DNA of 63,065 nt, filler included, from Octopus bimaculoides (GCF_001194135.2; 5 parts of 4 records of this genome joined end to end with filler, not necessarily neighbours in it), one strand, 5' to 3'; positions 23,100-36,599 are shown, numbered from the whole stretch's first letter. The notes: generated by a model from the sequence alone, not told the origin. Numbers and translations: made by a program.

Positions 23100-26000
23100 T
23101 AATAAGAGAAACACCATTTACTCATCAACATAGCGCTATCCTGAACAGATCTTAAAATATACATCCACACAACATGGAATGTCCCTAACACAATTATGGC
23201 TGAAACTAACACCACCACAGAAGAAACTAACAACGTCACCACCGATGAAAACAGAACTACTTCCTCAGTAAGTTATTTAAGAAGACGTAAGTACTCCTCT
23301 CATTTATCTTTGGATCTAGCAACTAAACCAAGATTTACTTCGGTGCAATGAAAATGCCCGAGATGAACCATCCATCGGAAACATGAAGGGGTTAAAATAA
23401 TACTGGGACGAAGGTCATCCCAACTTAAATGTCTTCGTGGCGAAACAGCTCCGACAACAAACATCTTTTGTAAAAGAAAACAAATCAACTGGTCCTTGAT
23501 CCTCCCAAAACACCGAGAATGGGCCAAAATCTGCCAGATGTGGCGTAAAAAATAATGTAAAAAAACCACTGCTCCCACCATCGCTAAATTCGAGTCGAAA
23601 TTTAGCTTACTCAGTAGCGAAGACTTGCGGAATGCATCCAACTCAAAAATATTTTTAAATTACAATTTGCTACAAGTTTGCTACTTTCTTGAAGCTTTCG
23701 TTGAGCAACAGATCTATTTCCAACAAGAGTGAGGAAAAATCCAACCGATTTAATGCTTAAAGTTATCAACGATGTCGTTGGAGAACACATGGAATCCTGT
23801 GATGATAATTACTGGAATATAAATACAGTCGAACAACATTGTGACTGATGAACAGGCTAGTGGAAAGAAGGAAGTGTGGGGGATGTGCCGAACGACTTTT
23901 AATAAATAAAGCTGTACTGTCTGAAGCAAGAAAACAACGCAGAAAATTTGTGACAGTATGGCTTGACTATAAGAAGGCATTCAACTCTATCCCTCATTCA
24001 TGGCTGTTGAAGTGTCTACATCCGGCAAAAGTATCTACTACCTTAATTGCTGCTATAGAGAGACTCACAAAGACATGGACAACTATTCTTACCCTTACAA
24101 CTGAGAACAGAATAATTATTTCTGATAGTATAAGCATTACAAAGGGAATACTCCAGGGAGGTAGTCTTTCTGTACTTCTTTTCATTTTGATACTGAATCC
24201 ATTATCGTTCCTACTTCAGAAAACAAATGGTTACATGCTAGGATCTTCAACTGCTAGAAATATCTATGTTACTCGTAATCGCTTTGTAGACAACCTGAAG
24301 ATTTGTATTAAAAGTAATGCCAAAAACTAACTGGAATTAATAACATTTTCAGCTGACATAGGCATGGAATTTGGCCAAAAGAAATGTTCATATTTCATTA
24401 TAGAACGAGGAAATTCAGCCCCACCAAACCCAACACCTGTACATCAACGGTCTCTCTATCTTCCCATTCCACACAAAGAATGTTACAAGTAACTAGGTAT
24501 AGACGAAAATGCATCATATGAAGGCACTGTGAATAAAGATAGAGTGACCCGAGAATATTTCACCAGACTTAGGAAAATATGGCAGTCGAAACTCTCCTCT
24601 TACAACAAAACAATATCCCACAATGCATTTGCAGTATCAGTGCTGACCCCAACATTTGGGATACTTGATTGGTCTGAAGAGGAAATCCACTCCATAGATA
24701 TTAAAACCTGCAAAATCCTGACTACAACTGGGAACATCCACAGAAATAATAATGTTGACAGGTTCTACCTAAAAAGAAATGAAGGTGGTAGAGGGCTCGC
24801 AAAATCCTGACAAAAACTGGGAACTTCCACAGAAATAGTGATGTTGCAGGGGTCTACCTAAAAAGAAATGAAGGTTGTAGAGGCCTAAAATCAGTGCAGA
24901 CGGCCTCCGAATGCCATATGGTATCACTCAGGCAGCACCTACTAAACAACAACAGCAGAAATAAGTATATAAATGCAGTGCTGAAAAGTGAAGTGAACAA
25001 CATTGTACGAGTTGACAGTGAGCTCCCCAAGAAGCACTCTCTTCCTGATGATCTCCTATACAGCCCCAAAACAGTGGGGCTCTCTTACCTCAGAGAAGAC
25101 CTGGATGGAAAGCACTCAGCATACAAAAAAGACAATGCATGGGTATGTTGTCCGGAGGCTTGAAGAAGACAGTAGAATGAACATTAAGCGCAGCCTCTCT
25201 TGGACACAAGACCACTACATCACATTACACTTTGACAGCTATGCGTTTGCAATCCAGAAACAGGAGATTGCCACAAAGTACCTGGTGAACAAGAGAGACA
25301 TTGATGCTCTTGTAATCCCAAGGTAGAACTGCATGTGGAGGCTACGTCATGTTTCTGTGGAAGACATCACACATGTGATTAGCAGTAGTCCTAAAATTTC
25401 ATCACAATACTATCTCCCTATGCGGCACGATGTTGTCGCTAAAACAATTTACAATGCCATCTGCAAAAGAGAATGTATTGAAATAAACTTAGAAAAACCC
25501 TCTCTTATGGAATACATTCATAAACAAGGAATACTGGTGGAATATTTCCATCAAAACTTCTGTCAAATGCAAACATAACAGACCGGATATTGTTGTTTGA
25601 GACAAAGAGGTATGTACCGTCATAGAGGTTAGCAGCCCTGCAGATATAAATATCTCTTTCAAAATCTAAGAAAAAGAGGATATCTATGGACAACTGCTTC
25701 GAAACGGCCAGCTTCTATATTCAGATTATGAATTCCTATTCATACCAATAATAATTGAAGCACTAGGTTTTGTTAGTAAATGCTAAAAGGCGAAGCTGGA
25801 TAAACTGGGATTTTCAGAAAGAGAAATTGACCGGCTGATTCGTACATTACAAGTGTTATCTGTGAGTGGAACAGTAAAAATATGAAAGACTTTTCTCAAG
25901 TTCCAAATGTGAAGTTGTCTGTGTTAATTACATCCCAAAGATGGAGCCTTATATCTTGTTGGGAACCGGCTCCCTCCTCAGTGGAAGATTTATGATAATT
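23100..26000 (+). mobile_element. Largest R4/Dong-like (RLE-clade) non-LTR element, decayed
   Basis: RT motifs WLDYKKAFNSIPHSWL, GILQGGSLSVLLFILILNPL, RFVDNLK and GMEFGQK. Then EDITHVISSSPK...MRHDVVAK (knuckle remnant), RPDIV...IEVSSPADIN (RLE) and IPIIIEALG. Multiple stops and frameshifts. Confidence 0.88.
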
Positions 26001-26126
26001 AAAAAATAAAATATATATACATACATAAATACCGTGTGGTTGATGTTGAAATTCTAATGAAGCAGCCTTAGACCTAGGTTAGAAACCAGCTCTTTCACTA
26101 TTTGCAAGAAATTTTAAAGTAAATCT

Positions 26127-26356
26127 GAATAACGACGTACATACATACATACATACATACATACATACGCATGCATACATACATACATACATACACAGAT
26201 ACATACATACATACATACACACACAGATACATACATACATACATACACACATACATACATACACACATACATACATGCATACATACATACATACATACAT
26301 ACATACATACATACATACATACGTGCATACATACATACATAATACATACATACATT
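26127..26356. repeat. (TACA)n array
   Basis: Direct reading. Confidence 0.95.
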
Positions 26357-26690
26357 ATGGATGTTGAAACTCCAATGAAGGAGCTCTGGATCTTGGTTAG
26401 AAATCGGCTTCTTCTTTATTGGCAAGAAGTCTTGAAACAAAACTGAATAATGGCGTACAGGCATATAAGGCACCGTCGTTACGGGAACGAAAGTTGCAGT
26501 TGATCGGATCAACGGAACTACTTGCTTGTGAAAAAAAAAAATAATAAAATAGCGTGCAAATGGCTAAGCAATCGTCAGGCACGGGTATCTTTTATGTAGT
26601 TCTCAGGTAGATTGAAGCATGACACAATGTGACAAGGGAAATACAGTTACTACTCATTTTTGCTAACTGAGTAGTCTGTGTGACCTATTT
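26357..26690 (-). mobile_element. Diverged family A/CORE-like SINE with 3' extension (extension also present alone at 26030-26130)
   Basis: gttgatcggatcaacggaac, gacacaatgtgacaagg and ctcatttttgcta are reverse complements of A-body motifs. Confidence 0.65.
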
Positions 26691-26854
26691 TTGTGTTTAG
26701 GGTTATACCGCTTAAAAACCGCTTCCCTGTGTATGTTTTCTAACATAGCGTTTCGCAAAAACACAATTCGATAAGATTCAAACATCAGTACGGGAGCTTA
26801 TATGAACGAGTACAGCTCTTGAAGGATATATATACTTTTTGTACTTTATTTTCT

Positions 26855-27062
26855 ATTTTACTCATTTCAGTCATTCGACTGTGGCCATGCTGGGGCACCG
26901 CTTTGAAGAGTTTTAGTTCAACAAATCGACCCCAGGACTTATTCTTTGGAAGCCTAGTACTTATTCTATCGGTCTCTTTTTGCCGAACCGCTAAGTCACG
27001 GGGATGTAAACAAACCAGCATCGGTTGTCAAGCAATATTGGGGGACAAACACAGACACACAA

Positions 27063-27105
<43 letters not shown>
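26855..27105 (-). mobile_element. SINE family B 3' half ending in (CA)n at a gap
   Basis: tttcagtcattcgactgtggccatgctggggcacc...ggggacaaacacagacacac. Confidence 0.85.
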
Positions 27106-27185
27106 NNNNNNNNNNNNNNNNNNNNNNNNNNNNNNNNNNNNNNNNNNNNTTAATTAATTAANNNNNNNNNNNNNNNNNNNNNNNN

Positions 27186-27400
27186 NNNNNNNNNNNNNNN
27201 NNNNNGTGTTATATTGCTACTTTTAACTAATTTTCCTCTTTTCAGGGTTGCTTTGGCACATTTTTCTAATCCGAATTTCATTTCTATTTCCCTGGTAAAG
27301 CCGTGTACTGTCTGTAGTAGTGTTTCTAGCTCTTTGTCGTTTTTTGCATATAATTTTAGGTCATCCATATATAGAAGGTGGCTGACTGTTTTTCCATAGC
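27186..27400 (-). mobile_element. R4/Dong-like RT fragment abutting (TTA)n
   Basis: VSHLLYMDDLKLYAKNDKELETLLQTVHGFTREIEMKFGLEKCAKATLKRGKL. Confidence 0.9.
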
Positions 27401-27401
27401 A

Positions 27402-27946
<545 letters not shown>

Positions 27947-27949
27947 TAT

Positions 27950-28410
27950 TATTGAGTGAGAGAGCTGGGCATGTCACCAAAGTGACACTGGGGTAAAATA
28001 TACGAAACGCAGTATATCCATCATGACTACCCGACTGATAAGAGTACAACAGGCACATGCATCACAACCATATGTGCGCGACATAATGGTCTCATATTAA
28101 GATAACAGCGCATGAACTTGCAGGTGGGGCCCAGTTAGAATGTTCTTCCGGTCGAGTAGCCCATCCCGCTCAAAAGGTCCTTGAATAAAAGTTGTTTGAG
28201 GATGTCGAACGAAATACCCATGTTTCCAAAGGTGAATTATCCAAACCCCAAAGAATTCCTCTCAACAAATGACTATGATGCTCCCCCACTACTTCTGCTT
28301 GTGATTAGAGATGCACATATCGTCAGCCACTAAGGGACATGCTCAAGCGGTCAAGGGCAAACAACTAACAAGCAAATCTGTGGTATTGAGCAGAATATTT
28401 ACTGTAGCCC
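27950..28410 (-). mobile_element. Non-coding family E element, 5'-truncated, in (TTA)n
   Basis: Colinear with 28573-29010; on its sense strand it ends ...ctctctcactcaat(aat)n. Confidence 0.75.
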
Positions 28411-28411
28411 A

Positions 28412-28461
<50 letters not shown>

Positions 28462-28462
<1 letters not shown>

Positions 28463-28562
28463 GGCAGCGAGCTGGCAGAATCGTTAGCACGCTGGACGAA
28501 ATGCTTAGCAGTATTTCGCCCGTCGCTACGTTCTGAGTTCAAATTCCGCCGATGTCGACCTT
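28462..28562 (+). mobile_element. SINE family C head inside the (TTA)n array
   Basis: ggcagcgagctggcagaatcgttagcacgctggacgaaatgcttagc. Confidence 0.85.
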
Positions 28563-28572
28563 NNNNNNNNNN

Positions 28573-29118
28573 TATTGAGTGAGAGAGCAGTCCTTGCCAT
28601 CAAAGTGACACTTGGGTAAAATATATGAAGCCCATTATACCCATCATGACTACCCGTCTGATAAGAGTACACCAGGCACATGCATCACAACCATATATGG
28701 GCGACATGGTGATCTCATGTCAAGATAAACAGCGCATGACCTCGCAGGTGGGGACCAGTTAGAATTTTCTTCAGGTCGAGTGGCCCATCCCGCTTAAAAG
28801 GCCCCTGAATAAGGTTTGTTTAAGGATGTTGAGCAAAACACCCATGTTTCCAAAGGTGAATCATTGAAACCCCAAAGAATTCCTCTTAACACATGGCTAT
28901 GATGCTCACCTACTACTTCTGCACATATCGTCAACCACCAAGGGATCTGCTCAACTGGTTACGGTCAAACAACTGACAAGCAAATCTGTGGTATTAAGCA
29001 GAATATTTGCTGTAGCCCATCTTTTATACCTAGACAAAACGACGTACATGATAATACTTCCAATCAATTAAAATCAGAAGCCATGAGAGCCACTGTCTGG
29101 TACTGCATCCGGGCATTT
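28573..29118 (-). mobile_element. Non-coding family E element, longest copy (~545 bp)
   Basis: Homologous to 27950-28410 and 36600-36790; (TTA)-type repeats beyond 29118, left edge at a small gap. Confidence 0.75.
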
Positions 29119-29155
29119 ATTATAGCTATTATTATTATCATCATCATCATCATCA

Positions 29156-29188
<33 letters not shown>

Positions 29189-29257
29189 NNNNNNNNNNGA
29201 TGTAAGCGACTATCCCCCTCTCCTCGAATTCAAGGCCTTGTGCCTATAGTAGAAAGG

Positions 29258-29319
<62 letters not shown>

Positions 29320-29320
<1 letters not shown>

Positions 29321-30115
29321 GTAGACGTCGTACAGTATGCAGTATCGTGAGATTGCTGAATGAAGATTTTGTGTCTACCAAGTATTTGTACTGTTTGTCA
29401 AATCACAACAAGGACATCAGACAACAGTAATCTACCCAATATGCGTGCAGTTCCAAGTAATGCCAACTTTTGCAATACACCTAGATTGTAGGGCATTTCG
29501 AAAGTTTTCAGATATTTTTTCAGATTGGTGGCATTGAACCCAGTGCTCCGATGACAATAGGGATAACCTTTATGCTTGACTCTCGTAGCGATCTCAATTC
29601 TTAACGATCTCAATTCTCAGGTCTCCGTATTTATTAACCTTTTCTCTTTCTTTCATGATATGTTGATCTCTTGGCACTGCCACGTCGATTATTAGGCTCT
29701 CTTGTTTGTCCCTCCTAAAGGTTACTATATCCGGTCTTCGGTGCTCTAACACCCTGTCTGTCTGGAAATCAAAGCCCCAGAGGATCTTTGTCTTCCCCTC
29801 TTCGTCCATTACATTTTCCACTGTATGTTGGTACCAAGCACCCGTAACCTCATATCCATACTTGCAGCATAGTAGCCAGTGGCGGATTTGGGTTACCTTG
29901 TCGTGTCTACGCTTGTACTCTCTCTCTGAGCAAAACTTTCACAAGAACTAACAATGTGAGTCACGCTTTCGATCCTCTTTCCACACATTCTGCAGAGGTC
30001 CGTTGCACTTGTGTGGTATATATTCTTTTTCAATGAGTTGGTATACACAAGTTTTCAGTAGTCTTTCACGTGTTTAGGACCCCCCTGATAATCCTTACTG
30101 TCCCTAAGAGACAAA
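29320..30115 (-). mobile_element. R4/Dong-like 3' fragment with CCHC knuckle and RLE, flanked on both sides by (TTA)n
   Basis: CRMCGKRIESVTHIVSSC...RRHDKV; WGFDFQTDRVLEHRRPDIV...IIDVAVPRD...EKVNKYGDL; LQKLALLGTARIL. Confidence 0.9.
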
Positions 30116-30116
30116 C

Positions 30117-30185
<69 letters not shown>

Positions 30186-30944
30186 ATATTAAAATTTACT
30201 ACTTTTATGCATTCTTGTGCATTATGTTATTTCTCAAATAACCCAAACTCTGAACCTAATAAGTAACAAACTAGCAGGTGACACTTTCAAGTTTCATTAT
30301 CACAGAAAGAGGATTAGAGATTATGCCACTTTTTCACTTTGGTGTTTCTGGTATGCCAAACGTCCACTCTCTCAACGTGCATTCCAAGTATTTTGGCTCC
30401 TTTTGTGAAGGCTCGCTCATGACATCTGATACTTGGTGAACATTAATTTTTCTATGTTTGGAAACACGGAGTAGTCTGAAACTGTTCTTAATTTTATTCT
30501 GCTTATTTGTTGACATCCATTTAATGGATGTCTCATAAACAATTATTTTGTTTCTTTATTTTTGCTTGCAATATCCCACTAGATATTAGGTGGGATAAGG
30601 CTAGCCCACAGGTAAAGATTATTAGTATTAGTTGGCCTAATTCAACCATTTCTTTATCAGCAATAGCGACAATTTTCGAATAAAGAGACGGGATAACAAG
30701 TATGATTTCACACGAATGTTTTAGAAATCAAGATAATATTGATTTCTTGCTTACACATGTTTCATTGTGAAATGAAAGAAGTAAAGTCGATTGGATTGAT
30801 TCCAGTACATTATTGTGAATCGCTGATGATACGAATATTGAAAGGTAAATTCTAACCTGGCCGCATTTAAACTTGAAAATATGAGTGGAAGAATAATTCT
30901 TAAATTTCATCAAATTTTGACTTGAAAATATGAAGGGTAACACG

Positions 30945-31060
30945 AATTCTTCAATTTCGACTTCGGCTGAATTTGAACCCAGAACATAAAGAGCCGGAAG
31001 AAATGCCGCTAAACATTTTGTTGGACCCACTAACGAATTTACCAGCTCCACTTTTGAAGT
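30945..31060 (-). mobile_element. SINE family C head fragment
   Basis: cttcggctgaatttgaacccagaac...aaatgccgctaaacatttt. Confidence 0.7.
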
Positions 31061-31099
31061 GTAAAGCATAATGATATATAATAATTATAACAAAATGTA

Positions 31100-31295
31100 A
31101 GGCAGCGAGCCAGCAGAACCCCTAGTGGGCCGGACAAAATGCTTAGCGGCATCCCGTTTGTCTTTACGTTCTGAGTTCAAAGTCCGCCGAAGTCAACTTT
31201 GCCTTTCACCGTTTCGAGGTCGATAAAATAAGTACCAGTTAAGCACTGGGATAATCGACTCCTCCATCCGAATTTGACCTTGTACCAGAATTCGA
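31100..31295 (+). mobile_element. SINE family C copy
   Basis: ggcagcgagccagcagaacc...ttctgagttcaaagtccgccgaagtcaactttgcc. Confidence 0.8.
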
Positions 31296-32109
31296 AAGTA
31301 ATATTAATTCTTGTTTTTATTTTAATTTTAAAGTGATTTTGTACGAACAAAAAGAGGTTGGACTCATGTTTATTAACAGAACACTGCTCAGTAGTCTCAT
31401 TCCTCAATCGGATGATTTTATTGTATTTAAATAATTAGAATAAAAATCAAATTATGTGGTTGGATAATTAAATCGTAAGAGGATATTTTCCTTGGCCGTA
31501 GACCGAGTCACTTCAGAACGTTTAAAACTACCACTTGAAAGTGAGCCAGACGCTTACTCTTGTTAACGAACATCTTATGCTAATAGTAGATTTATACACG
31601 TCCAATATTTTGTTGTAAATATTTAATCAGTATTTTCTTCAAGCAAAACAGAACGGTCTTGATTTTGTCTCTGTGGAGAGGCTTCCCAACAAAATATAAA
31701 CATTAATTAATGTTTACTTCTTTGGAAATTAGCCACATCTGGACAATCAATAAATGAGCTATTCGTGTTGGGAAATACTTTATCATTAGTCTGCTCTTTG
31801 GAATATATTTAAAACAGCTGATGATGGCGGATGATTTTCTACTTATGTACGTTCAGTCAATGAAATATTAGCTTACACAATTAAATCAAATCTATTTTTT
31901 AATTTTCAACGTCTATAATGTACTGAACTTATTGTGTTCATCAGAACTTGTGTGGAGAAATTATATTTGAATAACCACAAAACTAACAAACAAATACATG
32001 CGGAAAATAAATATGTCTGATTAATTATAATATAGCCATAGCAAATTAATAATAATTTCTTGCTTTATTAACCGCTTATTTATTCATCTATTTATTACTT
32101 GAATATACT

Positions 32110-32325
32110 AGTGAATCTTTACGTGATCGTTCGACATACTAGATATAGCATCCAAATCTTCCTCAAAACACAGTTCACCGTATAAAAAGGTTGAGAGACG
32201 CATATAAGATAATATATTCCTAAATATTCTTAAAGTGATGGGATAGTTACGGTTGAAATATCTTTTATCATAGGTCTGCTCGATCAGAGATAACCTAAAG
32301 CTAAAGAAACATCAACAATCACACT
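32110..32325 (+). mobile_element. Short repeat family F copy
   Basis: tacgtgatcgttcgacatactagatatagcatccaaatct...ataggtctgctcgatcagag; related fragments lie at 4985 and 8690. Confidence 0.6.
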
Positions 32326-33265
32326 CTTCCACGAAGCAGAATCAGAAAGGTGCGAGGAAAACATTGCTTACAGTAATTATATTATTTTACGTTTAGAGGT
32401 CAGATCATAGCAGATTCAAAGTTTCTTTTTTTATCATTCAAGGAATCATTGCATTAAACATATGGATTACATTCTGTTGATGCGGGAATTGAATAATGTT
32501 TAATGCCAAGTTTAGTGTTATATGCCCTAAATGCATATTATTAAAATCTTTTTTTTTTCATAAAAGGGTTGAATTGGCTACAGTTTTTTTTATTTATTCC
32601 TTTATCCTTTATGCAATAAAATACTTAAATAAAACATTATGTACATCCAAAATAGCAGTCATTAACTGTGTGGTTCAGAATTTACTTTCCAGCTATACAA
32701 TCTCTATCTCATTGCAAAGCACCCTGGATAAGTGTGTCCGACTGTGACTTCATGATTATCAACATTTTGCGAGTGCATGGGCCTGTTTGTGTATGTATGC
32801 ATTAATTGAGGCAATCGATATTGCCTGAGGATCGAATTTATCAGAACAGTAAGTGAACTTAGTAACCAAATATAAACTGGGTTGTTTAAGTAAAAAATAA
32901 ACTGGGTTGTTTAAGTAACTGCAATGCATTGGTAGAATAACCTCTTTTGCGACAGTATCTATGAAGGGAGCACACGAATCCACTTTTTATCTGCTGTAGT
33001 TTTGGCTGATGTAACGCAATCGCTCATATGTAATGTTGGTATACATGTCAACAATGAACTGGTAGAAGAGCTAACCGAATCTCTTAACATGCTCCTCATC
33101 TAGAGTAACTAACAATAAATCTGGAAGTAGAAAAACCATTGGCAGGCATGTTTTTTTTTTTATCAAGACTTCGGTGTTGACTATGATTTCCAATCTCATA
33201 TTTTTAGAATATAAGGATACTGCAACGTATCATAGGTCTTATTTCTCTCAAATTTATAAAATACA

Positions 33266-33960
33266 ATGTGTATTCCAGAAGTTTTCAGACTTTCTCAGGT
33301 GGGACATTAATCAATTTCAAAAATGTACAAAACTCTAATCCTTCTTAAAGTAGGATCTTCTGACTTCAATGTACTTTAAGCCAGCCACTTCGTGAATGCT
33401 CTCTGGAAGTCATCTAATGTGAAGGTGCCCAAGACCCTTGTCACACCCCCTTCATCTTCAAAACTACTGCTTCTGATGTTCTCTTTCAGCTTGGGGAACA
33501 ACAAAAAGTCACAGGGACCAAGATATAGACTGTAGGGAGGGTGAGGGACAGATCGTCTCTGCCACGACGATGGTTACTCGGATACTCGTCAGAGAGCACT
33601 CTGGGAATAAACTTCGCACAAATTTTGCGTATGTTCACGAATAATTCTTTATACAGTTTTTACACCAACCTGCTCCAGCTCATTCCTGAAAAAGCGGATC
33701 GGAAAAATTTACCTCCTCATTAGGAAGGAACCAACCAGATTATATGCTTATTATTTTTATAGCCATACGACGGTCTTCATCTAGAAAATTTCAAATTTTC
33801 TCAACCAGCTCGGATGTTGCGATGTCTCTCTCGCTCCTAAGTCATTCATCGTCTCTCACCTCCACTTTACCGTCTCTGAATTTGCTGTTGCGTTTGTGTG
33901 CCAGTTTACCACAACACTTATTGCACAGCGAACTTCCATACGTTCTGACAGAGAGGAAGT
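33266..33960 (-). mobile_element. Internally deleted mariner transposon
   Basis: N-terminal SERMEVRCAI... remnant; NIRKICAKFIPRVL joins almost directly to PHPPYSLYLGPCDFLLFPKLKENIR, so the catalytic core is deleted. Confidence 0.8.
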
Positions 33961-33964
33961 GAGT

Positions 33965-34395
33965 CTAATTGAAAGCCAACAATGGCTCAAAAGCACTAGA
34001 CTAAAAGCTGAAACGGAAGGATTGATTCTCGCTGCTCAAGACTAATGCCTTAGTTATAAAAGCAAAATGATGGAAACAAGCCCAAACACCAAATGCAGAA
34101 TCTGCAACCAGCACATGATACCCAGGTTGAACAACATGAGGGAAGTGCAGCAACTGTAGTTGCAAAGAAGGTGAAATCAATAGCAAAGCAAAATACGCTT
34201 GAACTGAAAGGTGGGAACAAAAACCTCTGTATGTCAAATATGTGGCCGGTATCAAACAAGCTGATGTGAACCAGAAGCACACTCATTAATGGCTACGGAG
34301 CTCCGGGCTAAAGGCAGAGAGTGAAGGCTTTATCTTGGCTGCCCAAGATCAGAGCTTATTGACCCAGAACTATCAAGCCAATTTGATGAAATATG
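33965..34395 (+). mobile_element. Two successive R4/Dong-like fragments of the same pre-knuckle segment
   Basis: SQQWLKSTRLKAETEGLILAAQD*...KCRICNQ at about 33971 and WLRSSGLKAESEGFILAAQDQSLLTQNYQA at about 34290. Confidence 0.8.
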
Positions 34396-34399
34396 GTGT

Positions 34400-36570
34400 A
34401 TTTCCGCAGTAGTGGCTCTAGAACCATCACATACAGGAGAGACAAGAGGAGATACCCTTGACGGACCGAACGCATGATGCTAAAAAGTTCCGATAGGTAA
34501 TCATTCACCGGAGCCACCGAGCAGATGTTTGCTGTACATTGCTGCGATCCAGCCACGGAAAACGGGACCGAAACCAGCTGCCGTGAGGAAGGACGCCAAG
34601 TATTGGTGGTGGACCCTATCAAAAGATTTAGACTTATCTAAATTGATCAATGCCGGCTTCTTTCCTCACCCTGTCTATGATGTGTCGCATGAGGTGGATA
34701 TTGTTGTGAATGGATCTGCTTAGGATGGCGCATATTTGCGCATCACCAATCATTTCCACAACGACAAGTGCCAGCTTCTTCGCTAGCACCTTGGCCAAAA
34801 CTTTGAAGTCTGCGTTGAGCAGCGTTAAGGGACGAAAATTTTCTATTTGATCCCCCTTGTTTGAGTCTTTTCTAAGTAGTTCCACCACTCCTTGGCTCCC
34901 AGGCAGGAATTGTCCCGTTCTGCTGCCAGTTGCGGTAGATATTTGCTAAGAGGTTGCCAAACAAGTCTGGCATTTAATAGTAAAGCTCGCAGGGCAGACC
35001 ATTCAAACCAGGCGATTTGCTCGCCGTGCAGCTCATTATCGCATCCCGTATTTCCGCGGCTGTTATCGGCATTTCGCAACGCATCGCCCAACCTGACGAC
35101 AGTCATGGAATGCCGTCGAGGTAAGCACTAAAGTCCATCCTGCGTTCCGGATTGCCACTCGTCTTAAACAGTTGGACGAAATGCCGCTGAAATGCCGCAC
35201 ATATCCGCTCGGGCTCAAGTATCGTGCGCCCATCTGGGTCCACCAAAGATCGAATTGCGGCTTTGTTGCCACGTTGAGCCTCTGACACTCGGGCCCATCT
35301 AGCAGCTTTAATTCCTTTGTTCTTTAGAGCACGTGTCTTAGCTTCTAAGTTCCTAACTAGCCTCTATTTTATTTGTTTCTATCGCTGGTGCCTTGGTAAA
35401 CCTAAGCGATTATATTCTAATTGCCCTTTTCGAGGTGTATCGCCGTTCAGTACTGACCACATTAGTGCTAGCTTAACTAATTCACTAATCCTGTCTCTGT
35501 AAGCTTGGCACGCCAGGAGTAACGCGTTCAGCTTCCAGTAACAGGGGCCCTACCTACGTAGTGTATCCAAGTCGACCGTAAAGATCACAAATTTATGGTC
35601 TATGTAGGCAACGATTTTGAAAAGTGGACAGCTTATACTCTTCCTTTCTACAGGCCTACAGAAAATTCTATCTAAATACGACCTGGATGACCCGCTGCGG
35701 TTAGACCAGGTCCACACTGGTGCATTTGGGAAATCCAGCCAGCACCTGTCAGACAGTTGAAAACGTCTGAGCAGGCTTGCGTAGCTTTAGTACCCACCTC
35801 TTCTATCCGCTAGCCCCACACGGTCCAAACGTGGGTTTAAGACCGCGTCCCGTCGCCCATAAGCACTAAAAGACGAGATATTCACAGGAAAAGTTCAAGA
35901 CGTTTGAATAAGTCCGGCTGCTCTACTTGTGTCACTAGCCTGAAGGCATCCCTGTCACTACTGCTCACATTCAGGACCACCAACTTACCTTCTGGGTCCA
36001 GGAAGATAGTTTTTATCTCGAGATACAGGCTTCTCTGGAACAACACAGCAGTTCTGCTACCATTCCCGGCTGACATGGAGATAAATAGGTTTCGTATCCA
36101 CCGAAAATAGGCATGAACGCTCGTCGGTCGGAGAGTCTGGTTTACCTGATGGCCACCACATGAACATTTAGTGACCTGCGGTCGTTGAGTAGATGACCTT
36201 GTTTCCAGGCCACATGCATTTATACTGCCTATCGTAAGCATGGTCATATAGGATGAAGGTATAGAAGCGGAAAAAGCCACTTACTGCGATTTTGTTGGTG
36301 AGGTGGGGACGATTATTCTGTCCCCAAGGTTACTTGTGGCTGTTTCCACGAGCAGTTCGTTGTGAAGTCTTTTGTTGATAACTTTACCGAAAGGCCGAAC
36401 TCCTTCAGGATATTTTGTTTTTATTTTGTTGTATGCGTTTTGTGATGTTAGCAGGAATTTTATGTGTGGCGGTGTGGTATTTGGTGTTATGAAATCGATG
36501 TCTCTGAAAACATGGGTAACATCCTTAAACAACCCTTTTTGCAGGAACCTTTTCAGCAGGATGGACTACT
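34400..36570 (-). mobile_element. Tx1/L1-clade LINE: ORF1 end, APE endonuclease and RT N-half, 3'-truncated
   Basis: LTIGSINACGL, DPEGKLVVLNV, DAVLNPRLDR, SYLDRIF, IDHKFV, YWKLNALL, ENFRPLTLLNADFKVLAKVLA and SVRQGYLLLSLLYVMVLEPLL. Confidence 0.88.
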
Positions 36571-36599
36571 GAACCCGAAGAAAATTCTAACTGGATCCT

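Noticed and set aside
27150-27161. TTAATTAATTAA islands flanked by 44 N on each side (also 38393-38404, 46749-46760 and 60113-60124)
   Set aside because: An identical 100-nt construct four times, with stops in all six frames: an assembly/scaffolding spacer, not biology.
32872-32918. 25-bp tandem duplication ataaactgggttgtttaagtaa
   Set aside because: A two-unit slippage event with no spacers; not CRISPR-like or otherwise informative.
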